Assembly: GCA_038064075.1 (NCBI GenBank)
Contig: JBBTTU010000002.1
Location: 1 to 49,380 of the forward strand
DNA length: 49,380 nucleotides
From: Patescibacteria group bacterium
GTDB lineage: Bacteria; Patescibacteriota; Minisyncoccia; HO2-45-28
Direction: 5' to 3'
Shown here: positions 8,385 through 17,848 of the stretch, in pieces
How positions within the stretch are numbered: position 1 is the stretch's first letter
Layout: each line of letters starts with the position of its first letter
Notes under the pieces: generated by a model
Told to the model about the DNA's origin: nothing
What the model saw: only the letters and a program-made list of their open reading frames with translations
Databases searched by the model: none
Made by a program: the position numbers and the translations under genes

Positions 8385-9386
8385 ATGGAAAATGTCAAGT
8401 CTAAAAATGAATATGCCGGTTTAGAAACGACTCTCCGGCCGTCTTCCTGGCCGGATTATGTCGGCCAGGAACCGATCAAAAGAAATTTAAAAATCCTGAT
8501 TCAGGCCGCCCAGGAAAGAAATGAAGCGCTGGAACACATACTTTTGCACGGCCCGGCGGGCCTGGGCAAAACCAGTTTGGCTCATCTGATTGCCAAAGAA
8601 ATGAAATCCCAGATTCGGGTGACTTCCGGACCGGCCATTGAACGAGTCGGAGATTTGGCCTCGCTTTTAACCAATCTCTCCTCCGGCGAAATACTGTTCA
8701 TTGACGAGGTTCACCGCCTGAACAAAACAATTGAAGAAGTGCTTTATCCGGCAATGGAGTCCAGAACTCTTGACATCATCATCGGCAAAGGCCCGGGCGC
8801 CCGCTCAATCCAGCTTGAGCTGCCTGCTTTCACGCTGATTGCCGCCACCACCCGCATCGCGCTTCTTTCAAATCCGCTCCGTTCGCGGTTTTCCGGAGGC
8901 ACGTTTCGTCTTGAATATTACCAACCCGAAGAAATTGAAAAAATAATCGCGCGGTCGGCCAAAATCCTGGAAGTTGAGATTAACAAAGAGGCGGTCGGTC
9001 TGATCGCCCAGAGATCCCGTTTTACGCCGCGCATTGCCAACCGTCTTTTAAAACGGGCCCGGGACTACGCCCAAGTCCATAAAATAACGGTTATTGGCGA
9101 AGAAGTTGTCGCTAAAACTCTTGAACTCTTGGGCGTTGATCACGAAGGCCTTGAAGAAACCGATCGCCGGATCATTCGGGCCTTGATTGAAAAATTCAAA
9201 GGCGGGCCGGTTGGTTTAAACACGCTGGCGGCCGCCACCTCCGAAGATATCCAGACCATTGAAGATGTTTATGAACCGTATCTCCTGCGCCTGGGCTTAA
9301 TTGAACGCACCCCTCGCGGCCGGATCGCCACAACCAAAGCCCGGGAACATCTCGGCCAAATTCAGCCCCAAGCAAAATTGTTATAA
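8385..9386 (+). CDS. ruvB: Holliday junction branch migration ATPase RuvB
   Basis: 333 aa. Walker A GPAGLGKTSLA and Walker B ILFIDEVHRL, full-length RuvB layout. Confidence 0.95.
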   Translation: MENVKSKNEYAGLETTLRPSSWPDYVGQEPIKRNLKILIQAAQERNEALEHILLHGPAGLGKTSLAHLIAKEMKSQIRVTSGPAIERVGDLASLLTNLSSGEILFIDEVHRLNKTIEEVLYPAMESRTLDIIIGKGPGARSIQLELPAFTLIAATTRIALLSNPLRSRFSGGTFRLEYYQPEEIEKIIARSAKILEVEINKEAVGLIAQRSRFTPRIANRLLKRARDYAQVHKITVIGEEVVAKTLELLGVDHEGLEETDRRIIRALIEKFKGGPVGLNTLAAATSEDIQTIEDVYEPYLLRLGLIERTPRGRIATTKAREHLGQIQPQAKLL

Positions 9387-9390
9387 AGAT

Positions 9391-9612
9391 ATGTCGCCAA
9401 AAATAATTTTTCTGCTTCTGCACATTGTTTTTCTCGCAATTTACGCCATGTTGGTCGGCGCTCTTTTGTGGCATTACAAAAAATACAGCCTGCCCAAAGA
9501 CAAGGCCAGGTGGATTATCGGCGCTTTCCTTGTAATTTGCGCTACTTTGGCAATTGCCTCAACCGTTCTTTTATTTTTAATACCATGGAAAATATTATTA
9601 AAAAACGTTTAA
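9391..9612 (+). CDS. Small membrane protein (hypothetical)
   Basis: ATG 9391 lies 5 nt after the ruvB stop. 73 aa with two hydrophobic helices (IIFLLLHIVFLAIYAMLVGALLW; IIGAFLVICATLAIASTVLLFLI). The part of ORF 9301..9612 upstream of this ATG overlaps ruvB. Confidence 0.4.
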   Translation: MSPKIIFLLLHIVFLAIYAMLVGALLWHYKKYSLPKDKARWIIGAFLVICATLAIASTVLLFLIPWKILLKNV

Positions 9613-10133
9613 AAATGTTGAAGCTTTACGAAAACGAAAAAATAATTATTGCTTTTCACCGCCACTGGATTGTGGTTGCCAGCAAAATGACTTTGGCGGC
9701 CGCGCTTTTGCTGATACCGCTTGTAATTTTAATCGCTATGCCGTCAATTGAGATAAGTTCGGAATTAAGGCTCGTCATCTTTTATCTTATTATGATTTAT
9801 CTGATGATTGTCGCCATGATCGCGTTTGTTTTGTGGATTGATTATTACTTGGATGTCTGGATTGTCACCGACAGCCGCATAATTGACCTTGAACAAAAAG
9901 GAATGTTCAAAAGAGAGACTTCCGAATTCCTTCTTTCCAAAGTTCAGGATATAACGGTTGAAATCCCGAGCTTTACCGCTACTCTGCTTCATTACGGCAA
10001 TCTGCGCGTCCAGACCGCCGGCGAAGAAAATTTTACGGCTTATGATATTCCGCATGTTGATGAAGTCAAAAACATTATTTTGACCGAAGCTAAAAAAGCC
10101 AATGGAGCAAATTGGCCTAAATTTCAGAACTAG
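9585..10133 (+). CDS. Membrane protein with bacterial PH (YdbT/DUF304-like) domain
   Basis: Start at ATG 9585 (MENIIKKR). IIAFHRHWIVV is followed by two TM helices and then a soluble C-terminal domain. Confidence 0.55.
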   Translation: MENIIKKRLKMLKLYENEKIIIAFHRHWIVVASKMTLAAALLLIPLVILIAMPSIEISSELRLVIFYLIMIYLMIVAMIAFVLWIDYYLDVWIVTDSRIIDLEQKGMFKRETSEFLLSKVQDITVEIPSFTATLLHYGNLRVQTAGEENFTAYDIPHVDEVKNIILTEAKKANGANWPKFQN

Positions 10134-10204
10134 AAAGCGAATGAAATTTAGATGCCAAACCTCTTTTTATTTCATTATTATTCATAAAAATTTAAAAAAT
10201 TAGT

Positions 10205-10741
10205 ATGAGCGGACATTCCAAATGGTCTCAAATCAAACATAAAAAAGCTCTTTCAGACGCTCAAAAAAGCAGGCATTTCGCCAAACTGGCCGGCCAAATT
10301 GCGGTAGCCGCCAGAATGAAAGGATCTGACCCGGACTCCAATCCGGCTCTGCGGGCCGTGATTGAAAAAGCCAAAGAGGCCAATATGCCTGCGGACAATA
10401 TTGAACGGGCAATTAAAAAGGGCGCGGGCGGCGGAAAAGAAATGCTGGAAGAAGTTTTGTTTGAAGCTTACGGCCCGGGCGGCGCGGCAATGTTGATTTC
10501 AGGAATTACCGATAATAAAAACCGGACGGCTCAGGAAATAAAACATATCTTGTCCGAACACGGCGCGAAACTGGCCGCGCCCGGATCAGCCAAATTTTTG
10601 TTTCAAAAAACCGGCGACGGCTGGCAAACCGCGACTTTAGTCGCGGTTGACGAAAAAACCAAAAAAGATTTAATGGCGCTTTTTGAGGCTTTGGACGAAA
10701 ACGACGGCGTGCAGGATGTTTTTACCAACGCCGACATTTAA
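10205..10741 (+). CDS. yebC: YebC/PmpR family protein, shortened form
   Basis: MSGHSKWSQIKHKK N-terminus and TDNKNRTAQEI. Only 178 aa, against the roughly 240 aa I expect for this family. Confidence 0.85.
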   Translation: MSGHSKWSQIKHKKALSDAQKSRHFAKLAGQIAVAARMKGSDPDSNPALRAVIEKAKEANMPADNIERAIKKGAGGGKEMLEEVLFEAYGPGGAAMLISGITDNKNRTAQEIKHILSEHGAKLAAPGSAKFLFQKTGDGWQTATLVAVDEKTKKDLMALFEALDENDGVQDVFTNADI

Positions 10742-10750
10742 TTAAATATC

Positions 10751-11272
10751 TTGAATTATAAAACGCCTGTGCTCCGCCAGCCTACCAAAATTCTGGGAAT
10801 TGATCCGGGTTACGGGCGGCTTGGCTATGCCGTTTTGGAAAAAAACGGCTCCGGCGAAAAACTGCTGGTGGCCGGATGCGTTGAAACTCCAAAAAACCAA
10901 CAATTTGAAAAACGGCTTCAAAAAATAGGGGCTGAATTAAAAAAAATTCTTAAAAAATATCACCCCGACGCTCTGGCTCTGGAAAAACTTTTTTTAAACA
11001 CCAATCAAAAAACCGCGATGCGGGTATCCGAAACAAGAGGCGTCGTTTTGTATCTTTGCGGTGACGGCGCAATTTATGAATTTTCGCCTCCGGAAATCAA
11101 GCTGGCGGTCTGCGGTTATGGCCGGGCTGATAAAAAACAAGTTGAAAAAATGATCGGATTAATTTTTAAAATCCAAAAAAACATTGCCGACGACGCGATT
11201 GACGCCATCGCTATCGCTTTAACCGCCTCTATCCTGATGAATCCGCGCCGAGGGATTTACCCCCCACACTAA
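10751..11272 (+). CDS. ruvC: Crossover junction endodeoxyribonuclease RuvC
   Basis: ILGIDPGYGRLGYAVLE RNase-H-fold N-terminus, TTG start, follows yebC as in many bacteria. Confidence 0.9.
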   Translation: MNYKTPVLRQPTKILGIDPGYGRLGYAVLEKNGSGEKLLVAGCVETPKNQQFEKRLQKIGAELKKILKKYHPDALALEKLFLNTNQKTAMRVSETRGVVLYLCGDGAIYEFSPPEIKLAVCGYGRADKKQVEKMIGLIFKIQKNIADDAIDAIAIALTASILMNPRRGIYPPH

Positions 11273-11328
11273 TAACGGAGTTTAATTATTGCGGCAAAAT
11301 AAATGCGATGCTGTCATTGGTGTGAGGT

Positions 11329-11337
11329 TTATCCACA
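11329..11337 (+). promoter_or_regulatory. Perfect DnaA-box consensus TTATCCACA
   Basis: Exact 9-mer in the ruvC-PBP1A intergenic region. Confidence 0.4.
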
Positions 11338-11449
11338 GCTTTAAAAAAAAGACTTTACAAGACAAATTATTATTGCTAAAAAATAATTCAGTTCTCCAAA
11401 ACCTTAGGAGAACGGTCGCAAACGTTAATTTATCAATAACCTCAAGTTT

Positions 11450-11608
11450 ATGCCAAATCAAAAAGATTTTGACCGGTTTGACGATTTTAACGACAAATAT
11501 GCCTATGACGAAGATACTGATGATGACGATGATAAAGAAGAGGCAATTGTGGGCGGCGCTGATTCTAATGACGGGCACGATCCCGAAGAATCATCTCAGG
11601 AAGAATAA
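11450..11608 (+). CDS. Small highly acidic protein (52 aa, hypothetical)
   Basis: ATG..TAA ORF not in the supplied track: MPNQKDFDRFDDFNDKYAYDEDTDDDDDKEEAIVGGADSNDGHDPEESSQEE. A strong hairpin terminator follows 10 nt downstream. Confidence 0.3.
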   Translation: MPNQKDFDRFDDFNDKYAYDEDTDDDDDKEEAIVGGADSNDGHDPEESSQEE

Positions 11609-11617
11609 ATAAATTTT

Positions 11618-11658
11618 AAAATCAAAACAGCCCGAATATTCAGGGCTGTTTTGATTTT
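11618..11658 (+). terminator. Rho-independent terminator-like hairpin
   Basis: AAAATCAAAACAGCCC / GGGCTGTTTTGATTTT is a perfect 16-bp stem. The T-run lies within and after the 3' arm. Confidence 0.6.
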
Positions 11659-11702
11659 ACCCTCCTTGAAAAATCATCAAAATAAGATATGATTAAAACT
11701 TA

Positions 11703-14273
11703 ATGAGCGCTAAAAAGCGGACTCTCCAAAAAACAAAAAAACTGTTCTTTTACGCCGGATTTGCGCTAATTTTGCTGATTGGGGCCTTTTCAATTTGGGC
11801 CATGACTTTGAACATTCCCGATTTTGAAGCTTTCAAAGAAAGAAAAATAATTGAATCAACTAAAATTTACGACCGGTCCGGCCAAACACTGCTTTACGAT
11901 ATTCACAATAATATTCGCCGGACGGTCGTTCCTTTCTCCGAAATCCCGCGTCATGTCAAAAACGCGACTGTCGCCATTGAAGATTCCAATTTTTACAACC
12001 ATCGCGGCGTTGATTTTTTGAGTATCGTTCGCGCTTTCTTAATTAATATTTTTTACGGACAAATCCGCCAGGGCGGATCAACCATCACCCAGCAATTGGT
12101 TAAAAATACGCTTTTAACATCAACTCAAACCATTGAACGCAAATTAAAAGAAATGGTTTTGGCTTTTAAAGTGGAACAGAAATTTTCAAAAGAAGAAATA
12201 TTGAATTTCTACTTAAACGAGGTGCCTTACGGTTCGGCGGCCTACGGCGTGGCCGCCGCCGCCGAAATTTATTTCAATAAAAAAATTCAGGATGTTTCTT
12301 TAACTGAGGCTGCTTATTTGGCCGCCTTAACCAAAGCTCCGACTTTTTATTCGCCTTACGGCTCGCATCGCGACCAGTTGAATAACCGCAAAGATCTGGT
12401 TTTAAAAAGAATGTACGAGCTTGGATTCATCAGCCAGCAAGAAATGGAGACAGCCATCCAAGACAAAATCAGTTTTGCGGCTCAAGGTGAAAAAAGTTTA
12501 AAAGCGCCTCATTTCGTTTTTTTTGTGCGCGAATATCTGGCTGGCAAATACGGCGAGGAAATGATAGATGAAAGCGGATTAAAGGTTATAACGACGCTGA
12601 ATTGGAATTTGCAGCAAAAAGCCGAAGATCTGGTCAAAAAATTTATTGAAGAAGAGGAGGAAAAATTCAATGTCTTTAACGCCGGTTTAGTCGGCGTTGA
12701 TCCGGCCACCGGCCAGATTCTGACAATGGTCGGATCAAAAAATTGGTTTGCCGACCCGAAACCGGAAGGCTGCTCGCCGGGCCTGGACTGTAAATTTGAA
12801 CCGCAAGTTAATGTCGCCAGTTACGCCTCCGGCCGACAGCCCGGTTCGGCTTTCAAACCTTTTGTTTATGCCACTGCTTTTAAAAAAGGCTACACTCCTG
12901 AAACTGTTGTTTTTGATTTGCCGACCGAATTTAATCCCGATTGCCCCGCGGAAATCAAATACAACCAACCGGATGAATTTAAAAATGAAAAAGATGAAAA
13001 AAACCCCTGTTATCATCCCAAAAATTATGATGAAATTTTCCGGGGACCGATTACTTTGCGCGAAGCTCTGGCTCAATCAATCAACCTGCCGGCGGTTAAA
13101 ACTTTGTATCTGTCGAGACTGGCTGATTCGTTAAAAACAGCCCGCGATATGGGCATTACCACTTTAAACGATCCGAACCGCTACGGCTTGACTTTGGTTT
13201 TGGGCGGCGGTGAAGTCAAATTATTGGAAATGGTCGGGGCTTACGGCGTTTTTGCGAGTGACGGAATTAAAAACAATCTAACCCCGATTCTGAAGATTGA
13301 AGACTCGCGGGGAAATATTTTGGAAGAATGGTCGCCCCGCCCGGAAAAAGTTCTGGAGCCGCAAGTTGCCAGATTAATAAACAACATTCTCTCGGATAAT
13401 AAAGCCAGGACTCCAGCTTTCGGCGAATCTTCTTATCTTTACATCCCGGATTATCAGGTTGCGGCTAAAACCGGAACAACCAATGATTTTCGCGACGCCT
13501 GGGTGATCGGCTATGTCCCCAATTTCGCTTTGGGCGTCTGGTTCGGCAATAATGACAATACGCCGATGGAAAAAAAGGTGGCCGGCTTTATCGCCGCGCC
13601 CTTATGGAACGCTTTTTTAAAAGAGGTTTTAAAAATTATTGATAAAAAAAATTTTACGCCTCCAGATCCGATTGTGGTTTCAAAACTGGTTTTAAAAGGA
13701 GAATGGCGGGGCAGCTTAACTTACACTATTGATAAAATTTCAGGAAAAAAAGCGACTGAATTTACACCTGCGACTTATCGCCAGGAAAAACCTTTAACTC
13801 AAATCCATTCCATTCTTAATTGGCTGGACAAAGACAATCCTCAAGGCCCGATTCCTGAAAACCCCCAAAAAGATCCCCAATTCATTAACTGGGAATATGC
13901 CGTCAAAAAATGGGCTCAAAATCAAAACATCCGCGACGAAACTTTTGAAGACGTCCCGAAAGAATTTGACGATGTCCATAAACCACAGTACGCTCCAGCG
14001 GTCGCTTGGATTAAATCTCCGCCGGAAGAAATTCCGGCTTACGGAAATTTTTCATTGAGTCTGGCGGCTTCGGGCCGATTTCCGATTAAACAAATTGACA
14101 TACTCTTAGGCAGCCGGCTTTTGGGTTCTATTCAAAACCAGCCTTATTCTTTTTCAGTTGATCTTTCACGTTTAAACAACCTCCAAAATCAGGAATTACT
14201 GACTGTCAATGTTTATGATTCGGTTGGAAACAGCTCCAACCTGCAAAAAGAAATAAAAATTAAAAACATTTGA
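11703..14273 (+). CDS. Class A penicillin-binding protein (PBP1A-type transglycosylase/transpeptidase)
   Basis: N-terminal TM helix. GT51 motifs EDSNFYNHRGVD and GGSTITQQLVKN. Transpeptidase motifs SAFKP (SxxK), SIN and KTGTT. About 200-aa C-terminal extension. Confidence 0.92.
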   Translation: MSAKKRTLQKTKKLFFYAGFALILLIGAFSIWAMTLNIPDFEAFKERKIIESTKIYDRSGQTLLYDIHNNIRRTVVPFSEIPRHVKNATVAIEDSNFYNHRGVDFLSIVRAFLINIFYGQIRQGGSTITQQLVKNTLLTSTQTIERKLKEMVLAFKVEQKFSKEEILNFYLNEVPYGSAAYGVAAAAEIYFNKKIQDVSLTEAAYLAALTKAPTFYSPYGSHRDQLNNRKDLVLKRMYELGFISQQEMETAIQDKISFAAQGEKSLKAPHFVFFVREYLAGKYGEEMIDESGLKVITTLNWNLQQKAEDLVKKFIEEEEEKFNVFNAGLVGVDPATGQILTMVGSKNWFADPKPEGCSPGLDCKFEPQVNVASYASGRQPGSAFKPFVYATAFKKGYTPETVVFDLPTEFNPDCPAEIKYNQPDEFKNEKDEKNPCYHPKNYDEIFRGPITLREALAQSINLPAVKTLYLSRLADSLKTARDMGITTLNDPNRYGLTLVLGGGEVKLLEMVGAYGVFASDGIKNNLTPILKIEDSRGNILEEWSPRPEKVLEPQVARLINNILSDNKARTPAFGESSYLYIPDYQVAAKTGTTNDFRDAWVIGYVPNFALGVWFGNNDNTPMEKKVAGFIAAPLWNAFLKEVLKIIDKKNFTPPDPIVVSKLVLKGEWRGSLTYTIDKISGKKATEFTPATYRQEKPLTQIHSILNWLDKDNPQGPIPENPQKDPQFINWEYAVKKWAQNQNIRDETFEDVPKEFDDVHKPQYAPAVAWIKSPPEEIPAYGNFSLSLAASGRFPIKQIDILLGSRLLGSIQNQPYSFSVDLSRLNNLQNQELLTVNVYDSVGNSSNLQKEIKIKNI

Positions 14274-14274
14274 A

Positions 14275-14541
14275 TCATTTAAATAAAACCTGGGACGGAG
14301 CTTTTTTGCCGAATTTTTCCTGTAAAAACCGCAACAATTTCTCCTGATGAAGAAATAAAAAGTTTTTCATCGCCATATTTTCAGATGATATTGTTAAAAT
14401 CGGATATTTAAATTTAATTTCAAAATCAGTGAATTTATCCGAGATTTGTTTCCGGCACCAATCAGCCGCTTCTTTTTCAATATTTTTTTTATGACTGCGG
14501 ATCGGTTCAAATTTTTTAAGCAAATCGGCGAGGTTAAACAT
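14275..14541 (-). CDS. DUF721/DciA-like small protein
   Basis: 88 aa immediately downstream of dnaN (8-nt overlap). The ILTISSENMAMKNFLFLHQEKLLRFLQEKFG pattern resembles DUF721. Confidence 0.5.
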   Translation of the reverse strand: MFNLADLLKKFEPIRSHKKNIEKEAADWCRKQISDKFTDFEIKFKYPILTISSENMAMKNFLFLHQEKLLRFLQEKFGKKAPSQVLFK

Positions 14542-15637
14542 TTTTCATCGGCATAATAAGATAAATATACGATAGATCGGTAGGACTTTGAATAACCAAA
14601 GGTTTATTCTGGCCGCAAAAACGCAAAATGACATTTTCAGAAGAAATTGGATCAAGTCCTTCCAGGAGATACCTTTGATTAAAAGCGATATTCAGGCTCT
14701 CTCCGGTGATTTGAGCCGTTAATTGGCTGGTGTGCTCGCCTAATTCACTGTCATTGGTTAAAATTTCCAAAAGATTATCTTCGGGATAAATGCGCAAACC
14801 GGCTTCGCGCAGCCTGCCGGCAAATATTCCGGAAAGTTTCAAATTTTCCATTAATTCCGACCGATTAACAGTGACTTCGGTAGTGAAAGTAGTCGGAATA
14901 ATCTGTTCATACTCCGGAAATTTTCCCTCGGTTAAATTGGTAAAAAACGAAAAAGACGGATGATTGATAAAAAGATGACTATTAGTCAGGTTGAATTCCA
15001 GTTCTCCTTGAAAATTATCAAGCAGCCTCATAAATTCAGCCGCGGCTCTGGCTGGAAACAAAAAATAAATTTGATTTTTTATTCCTTCTTCTTGATCAGA
15101 TGTTTTTTCAGCCAGCCTGAAAGAATCTGTGGCGACAAATTTAATCTTTTTCCCGCAGTCTTTAAATAAAATACTTGTTATTTCCGGTTTAATATCCGAA
15201 GTTGAAGAACAAAAACTCACGCTTTTTAAATTTGAAAGAAGATTATTTGTTTTAAAAATAATTTTTTGTTCGTTTTTTATTTTAGGCAATTTGGGAAAAT
15301 TTTCACTGCTGTAAATTTTAACAGCCGTTGTTGTTTTAGGAGTGGTAAAATATAAATTATTATTTTTAACTTCAATCTTTATTTTTTCAGTGTTTAAAGA
15401 AGAAAGTAAGGCCACGACCGGATGAGGCGCGACAACAACCGAACCTTCTTTTTTAACTTCCGCCGCAATTTTACTTTCAAAACCAATATTTAAATCAGTT
15501 GATCTGATAATAAGGTAATTTTTTTGAGCTTCCATAAAAACACCAGTAAGAGACGGGGCAGAAGATAGCCGCCCGATATATCTTTCGGCTAATTGAATAT
15601 TTTTTTGAAGTTGTTGTTTTAAACAAATTAAATCCAT
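14534..15637 (-). CDS. dnaN: DNA polymerase III beta sliding clamp
   Basis: 367 aa, directly downstream of dnaA, three-domain length, C-terminal LIMPM. Confidence 0.9.
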   Translation of the reverse strand: MDLICLKQQLQKNIQLAERYIGRLSSAPSLTGVFMEAQKNYLIIRSTDLNIGFESKIAAEVKKEGSVVVAPHPVVALLSSLNTEKIKIEVKNNNLYFTTPKTTTAVKIYSSENFPKLPKIKNEQKIIFKTNNLLSNLKSVSFCSSTSDIKPEITSILFKDCGKKIKFVATDSFRLAEKTSDQEEGIKNQIYFLFPARAAAEFMRLLDNFQGELEFNLTNSHLFINHPSFSFFTNLTEGKFPEYEQIIPTTFTTEVTVNRSELMENLKLSGIFAGRLREAGLRIYPEDNLLEILTNDSELGEHTSQLTAQITGESLNIAFNQRYLLEGLDPISSENVILRFCGQNKPLVIQSPTDLSYIYLIMPMKNV

Positions 15638-15855
15638 AATCTTATAATTATATTTATTTAATTTTTAATTTATTGTAGTAGATGTTTTTGGGTATAAGTG
15701 GATAAATTTTTTTATTATTGATTTTTATAAGTTTTTTCATTGATTTAATTTTAATTTCCTGTGAATAAATTCTGAATTATTTTATTATATTTTTATTTGC
15801 TTAAATTTATTTACTTTTAATCCCCAGATTTTAAACATATTATTTTATTATTTTT
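15638..15855. other. Candidate oriC (AT-rich dnaA-dnaN intergenic region with DnaA-box-like sites)
   Basis: 218-bp, extremely AT-rich spacer. AGTGGATAA (15697-15705) and TGTGAATAA (15760-15768) each match TGTGGATAA at 8 of 9 positions. Confidence 0.5.
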
Positions 15856-17214
15856 TCACTGTTTTTCTTCATTATATAATTGCAATCTGATAGTTTTTAA
15901 TTCCTCTCTTAACCGTTCATCTTTTTTTAAATCATTTATTATTTTAGTGTAAGCGTGAATGGCGGTGGTATGGTCCCGTCCGCCGAATTTTCGTCCGATA
16001 TAAGGGAAAGAGCCGTTAAAATCTTCGCGCAAAATATACATGGCGATTTGGCGCGGACGGACCACTTCTTTTCTTCTGGTTTTTTCAAATAAATATTTTT
16101 CCTGAATATCGTAAAATTGAGCAACTAATTTAATAATCGTCTGAGCGCTTAATATCTGTTTAGGCTTGCTGTTTTTGTTGATAATTTCTTTAACTTCATC
16201 CAAAGAAAGCGGACGTTTTTTTATTTTTGATCTGATAATAACTGAATTTAAAAAACCTTCCAATTCCCGTATATTTGATTTAATTGAAGAGGCGATGCAT
16301 TCTAAAATTTCAAAAGAAGGCTGGTATTCCTCTTTTTGAGCTGATTTTGACTGCAAGATAGCTAATTTGGTTTCATAATCAGGTTCGGATATATCAGCTA
16401 TCATTCCTCCCTCAAAACGCGAGCGCAGCCTTTCTTCAAGATTTTGGATTGATTTAGGCGGACGGTCGGACGAAAAAACAATTTGTTTGTTGATTTGATA
16501 CATAGTGTTGAAAGTATGAAAAATTTCTTCCTGAGTGGAAGTTCGGTTGGAAATAAACTGGATGTCGTCAATAATCAAAAGATCAAATGAACGGTATTTG
16601 TCTTTTAAAATTCCGGTTTCATTATTGCGGATTGCCGCCACCAGTTCGTTGGCAAATTTTTCGGCGCTGACATAATAAACTTTTTTGTCGGGAAATTCGT
16701 TTTTGGTTTTGTTGCCGATGGCCTGCAGAAGATGAGTTTTGCCCAACCCCACTCCCCCGTAAATAAACAAAGGATTGTAAAGAGTCCCAAGGTTTTTAAC
16801 CGCCGCCAGAGCCGAAGCGTGAGCCAAATCATTGAAAGATCCGACAATAAAATTTTCAAAAGTATAGCGGGGATTTAAATTGGTTTCGCGGTCAGTGTAT
16901 ATTTCTTTAAAATCAAGCTGCTCTTCCAAAGGCTTGTTTTGAGGAGTTTTTTGCGCAATCGCGTTGTTTGAGGGCACAATTTTAAATTCAACCGAACGGA
17001 CTTCGGGGGCGTGGGTTCGCAAAGATTTCAAAACATGCTTTTGATATTTGTCTTCAAGCCATTCTTTGATAAAAATAGAAGGCGTCGCAACAATTACCCG
17101 GCCGTCCGACTGTTCGCTGATGGCGGTGTTTTGAAACCAAGTGTTGAAATTTGCTTTTGAAAGGTTAAGTTCCAATTCCCTCAAGACTGATTTCCAAAGT
17201 TCGTCATTGTTCAT
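15856..17214 (-). CDS. dnaA: Chromosomal replication initiator DnaA
   Basis: 452 aa. GGVGLGKTHLLQAIG, LLIIDDIQF, and a C-terminal DNA-binding domain (GGRDHTTAIHAY). Confidence 0.96.
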   Translation of the reverse strand: MNNDELWKSVLRELELNLSKANFNTWFQNTAISEQSDGRVIVATPSIFIKEWLEDKYQKHVLKSLRTHAPEVRSVEFKIVPSNNAIAQKTPQNKPLEEQLDFKEIYTDRETNLNPRYTFENFIVGSFNDLAHASALAAVKNLGTLYNPLFIYGGVGLGKTHLLQAIGNKTKNEFPDKKVYYVSAEKFANELVAAIRNNETGILKDKYRSFDLLIIDDIQFISNRTSTQEEIFHTFNTMYQINKQIVFSSDRPPKSIQNLEERLRSRFEGGMIADISEPDYETKLAILQSKSAQKEEYQPSFEILECIASSIKSNIRELEGFLNSVIIRSKIKKRPLSLDEVKEIINKNSKPKQILSAQTIIKLVAQFYDIQEKYLFEKTRRKEVVRPRQIAMYILREDFNGSFPYIGRKFGGRDHTTAIHAYTKIINDLKKDERLREELKTIRLQLYNEEKQ

Positions 17215-17347
17215 ACCTTAAATTATATTGTTTTTAAAATATTTGTCGCATTCTTAACAAACCCGATAAACCTTACTACTAATGTTAATAATCTGTGGAC
17301 GGATTGTGAATATTGTTAGAGATTGTTTTTTGTGTTAGAGTAAAAAA

Positions 17348-17485
17348 ATGCCCAAAAGAACTTATCAGCCCAAAAGAAAAAAAAGAAAGAAAACGCACGG
17401 TTTTTTGAAAAGATCAAAAAAGGCCGGCGGACTCAAAGTTCTTCAAAGAAGAAGGCGAAAAGGCCGCAAAAAATTAACGGTTTAA
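17348..17485 (+). CDS. rpmH: 50S ribosomal protein L34
   Basis: 45-aa ORF not in the supplied track: [45 protein letters not shown]. Canonical position upstream of rnpA. Confidence 0.92.
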   Translation: MPKRTYQPKRKKRKKTHGFLKRSKKAGGLKVLQRRRRKGRKKLTV

Positions 17486-17493
17486 TTCAAAAT

Positions 17494-17826
17494 GTGGCTT
17501 TATTCAAAAAAAATCGTCTTTCCGCCAGAACTGAAATTCAAAAAACGATCCGCCAGGGCCAAAATTTTTTTTTAAATGAAATTAAAGTTTATTTTAAAAA
17601 ATCGGATCAAGAATTTTTGCGGGCGGCGATCATTGTTCCCAAAAAAATTGACAAGCGGGCCGCAATCCGGAATAAACTCCGCCGGCGCGCCGGCGAAATA
17701 ATCCGAAAAATAATTCCGCAAACAGAAAAACCCGGCGATATGGTTATTTTAATGCAAAAAGGAGCCGAAGTTTTGAAATTCAAGGAACTGAAAGAAAAAC
17801 TTATTTCAGTTTTAGAAAATTTATAA
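17494..17826 (+). CDS. rnpA: RNase P protein component
   Basis: 110-aa basic protein after rpmH with an RNKLRRR motif. GTG start. Confidence 0.8.
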   Translation: MALFKKNRLSARTEIQKTIRQGQNFFLNEIKVYFKKSDQEFLRAAIIVPKKIDKRAAIRNKLRRRAGEIIRKIIPQTEKPGDMVILMQKGAEVLKFKELKEKLISVLENL

Positions 17827-17848
17827 TTAAATCCAATTTTGATTTAAA

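Noticed and set aside
9301-9390. N-terminal extension of the small membrane protein ORF
   Set aside because: It overlaps the ruvB 3' end in another frame. The hydrophobic protein begins at ATG 9391.
11282-11612. Overlapping 98-aa (minus) and 107-aa (plus) ORFs
   Set aside because: They are mutually exclusive, low-complexity and AT-driven (I/F/K/N-rich). A third frame contains a short ORF with an ATG start, followed by a terminator, which I find marginally more credible.
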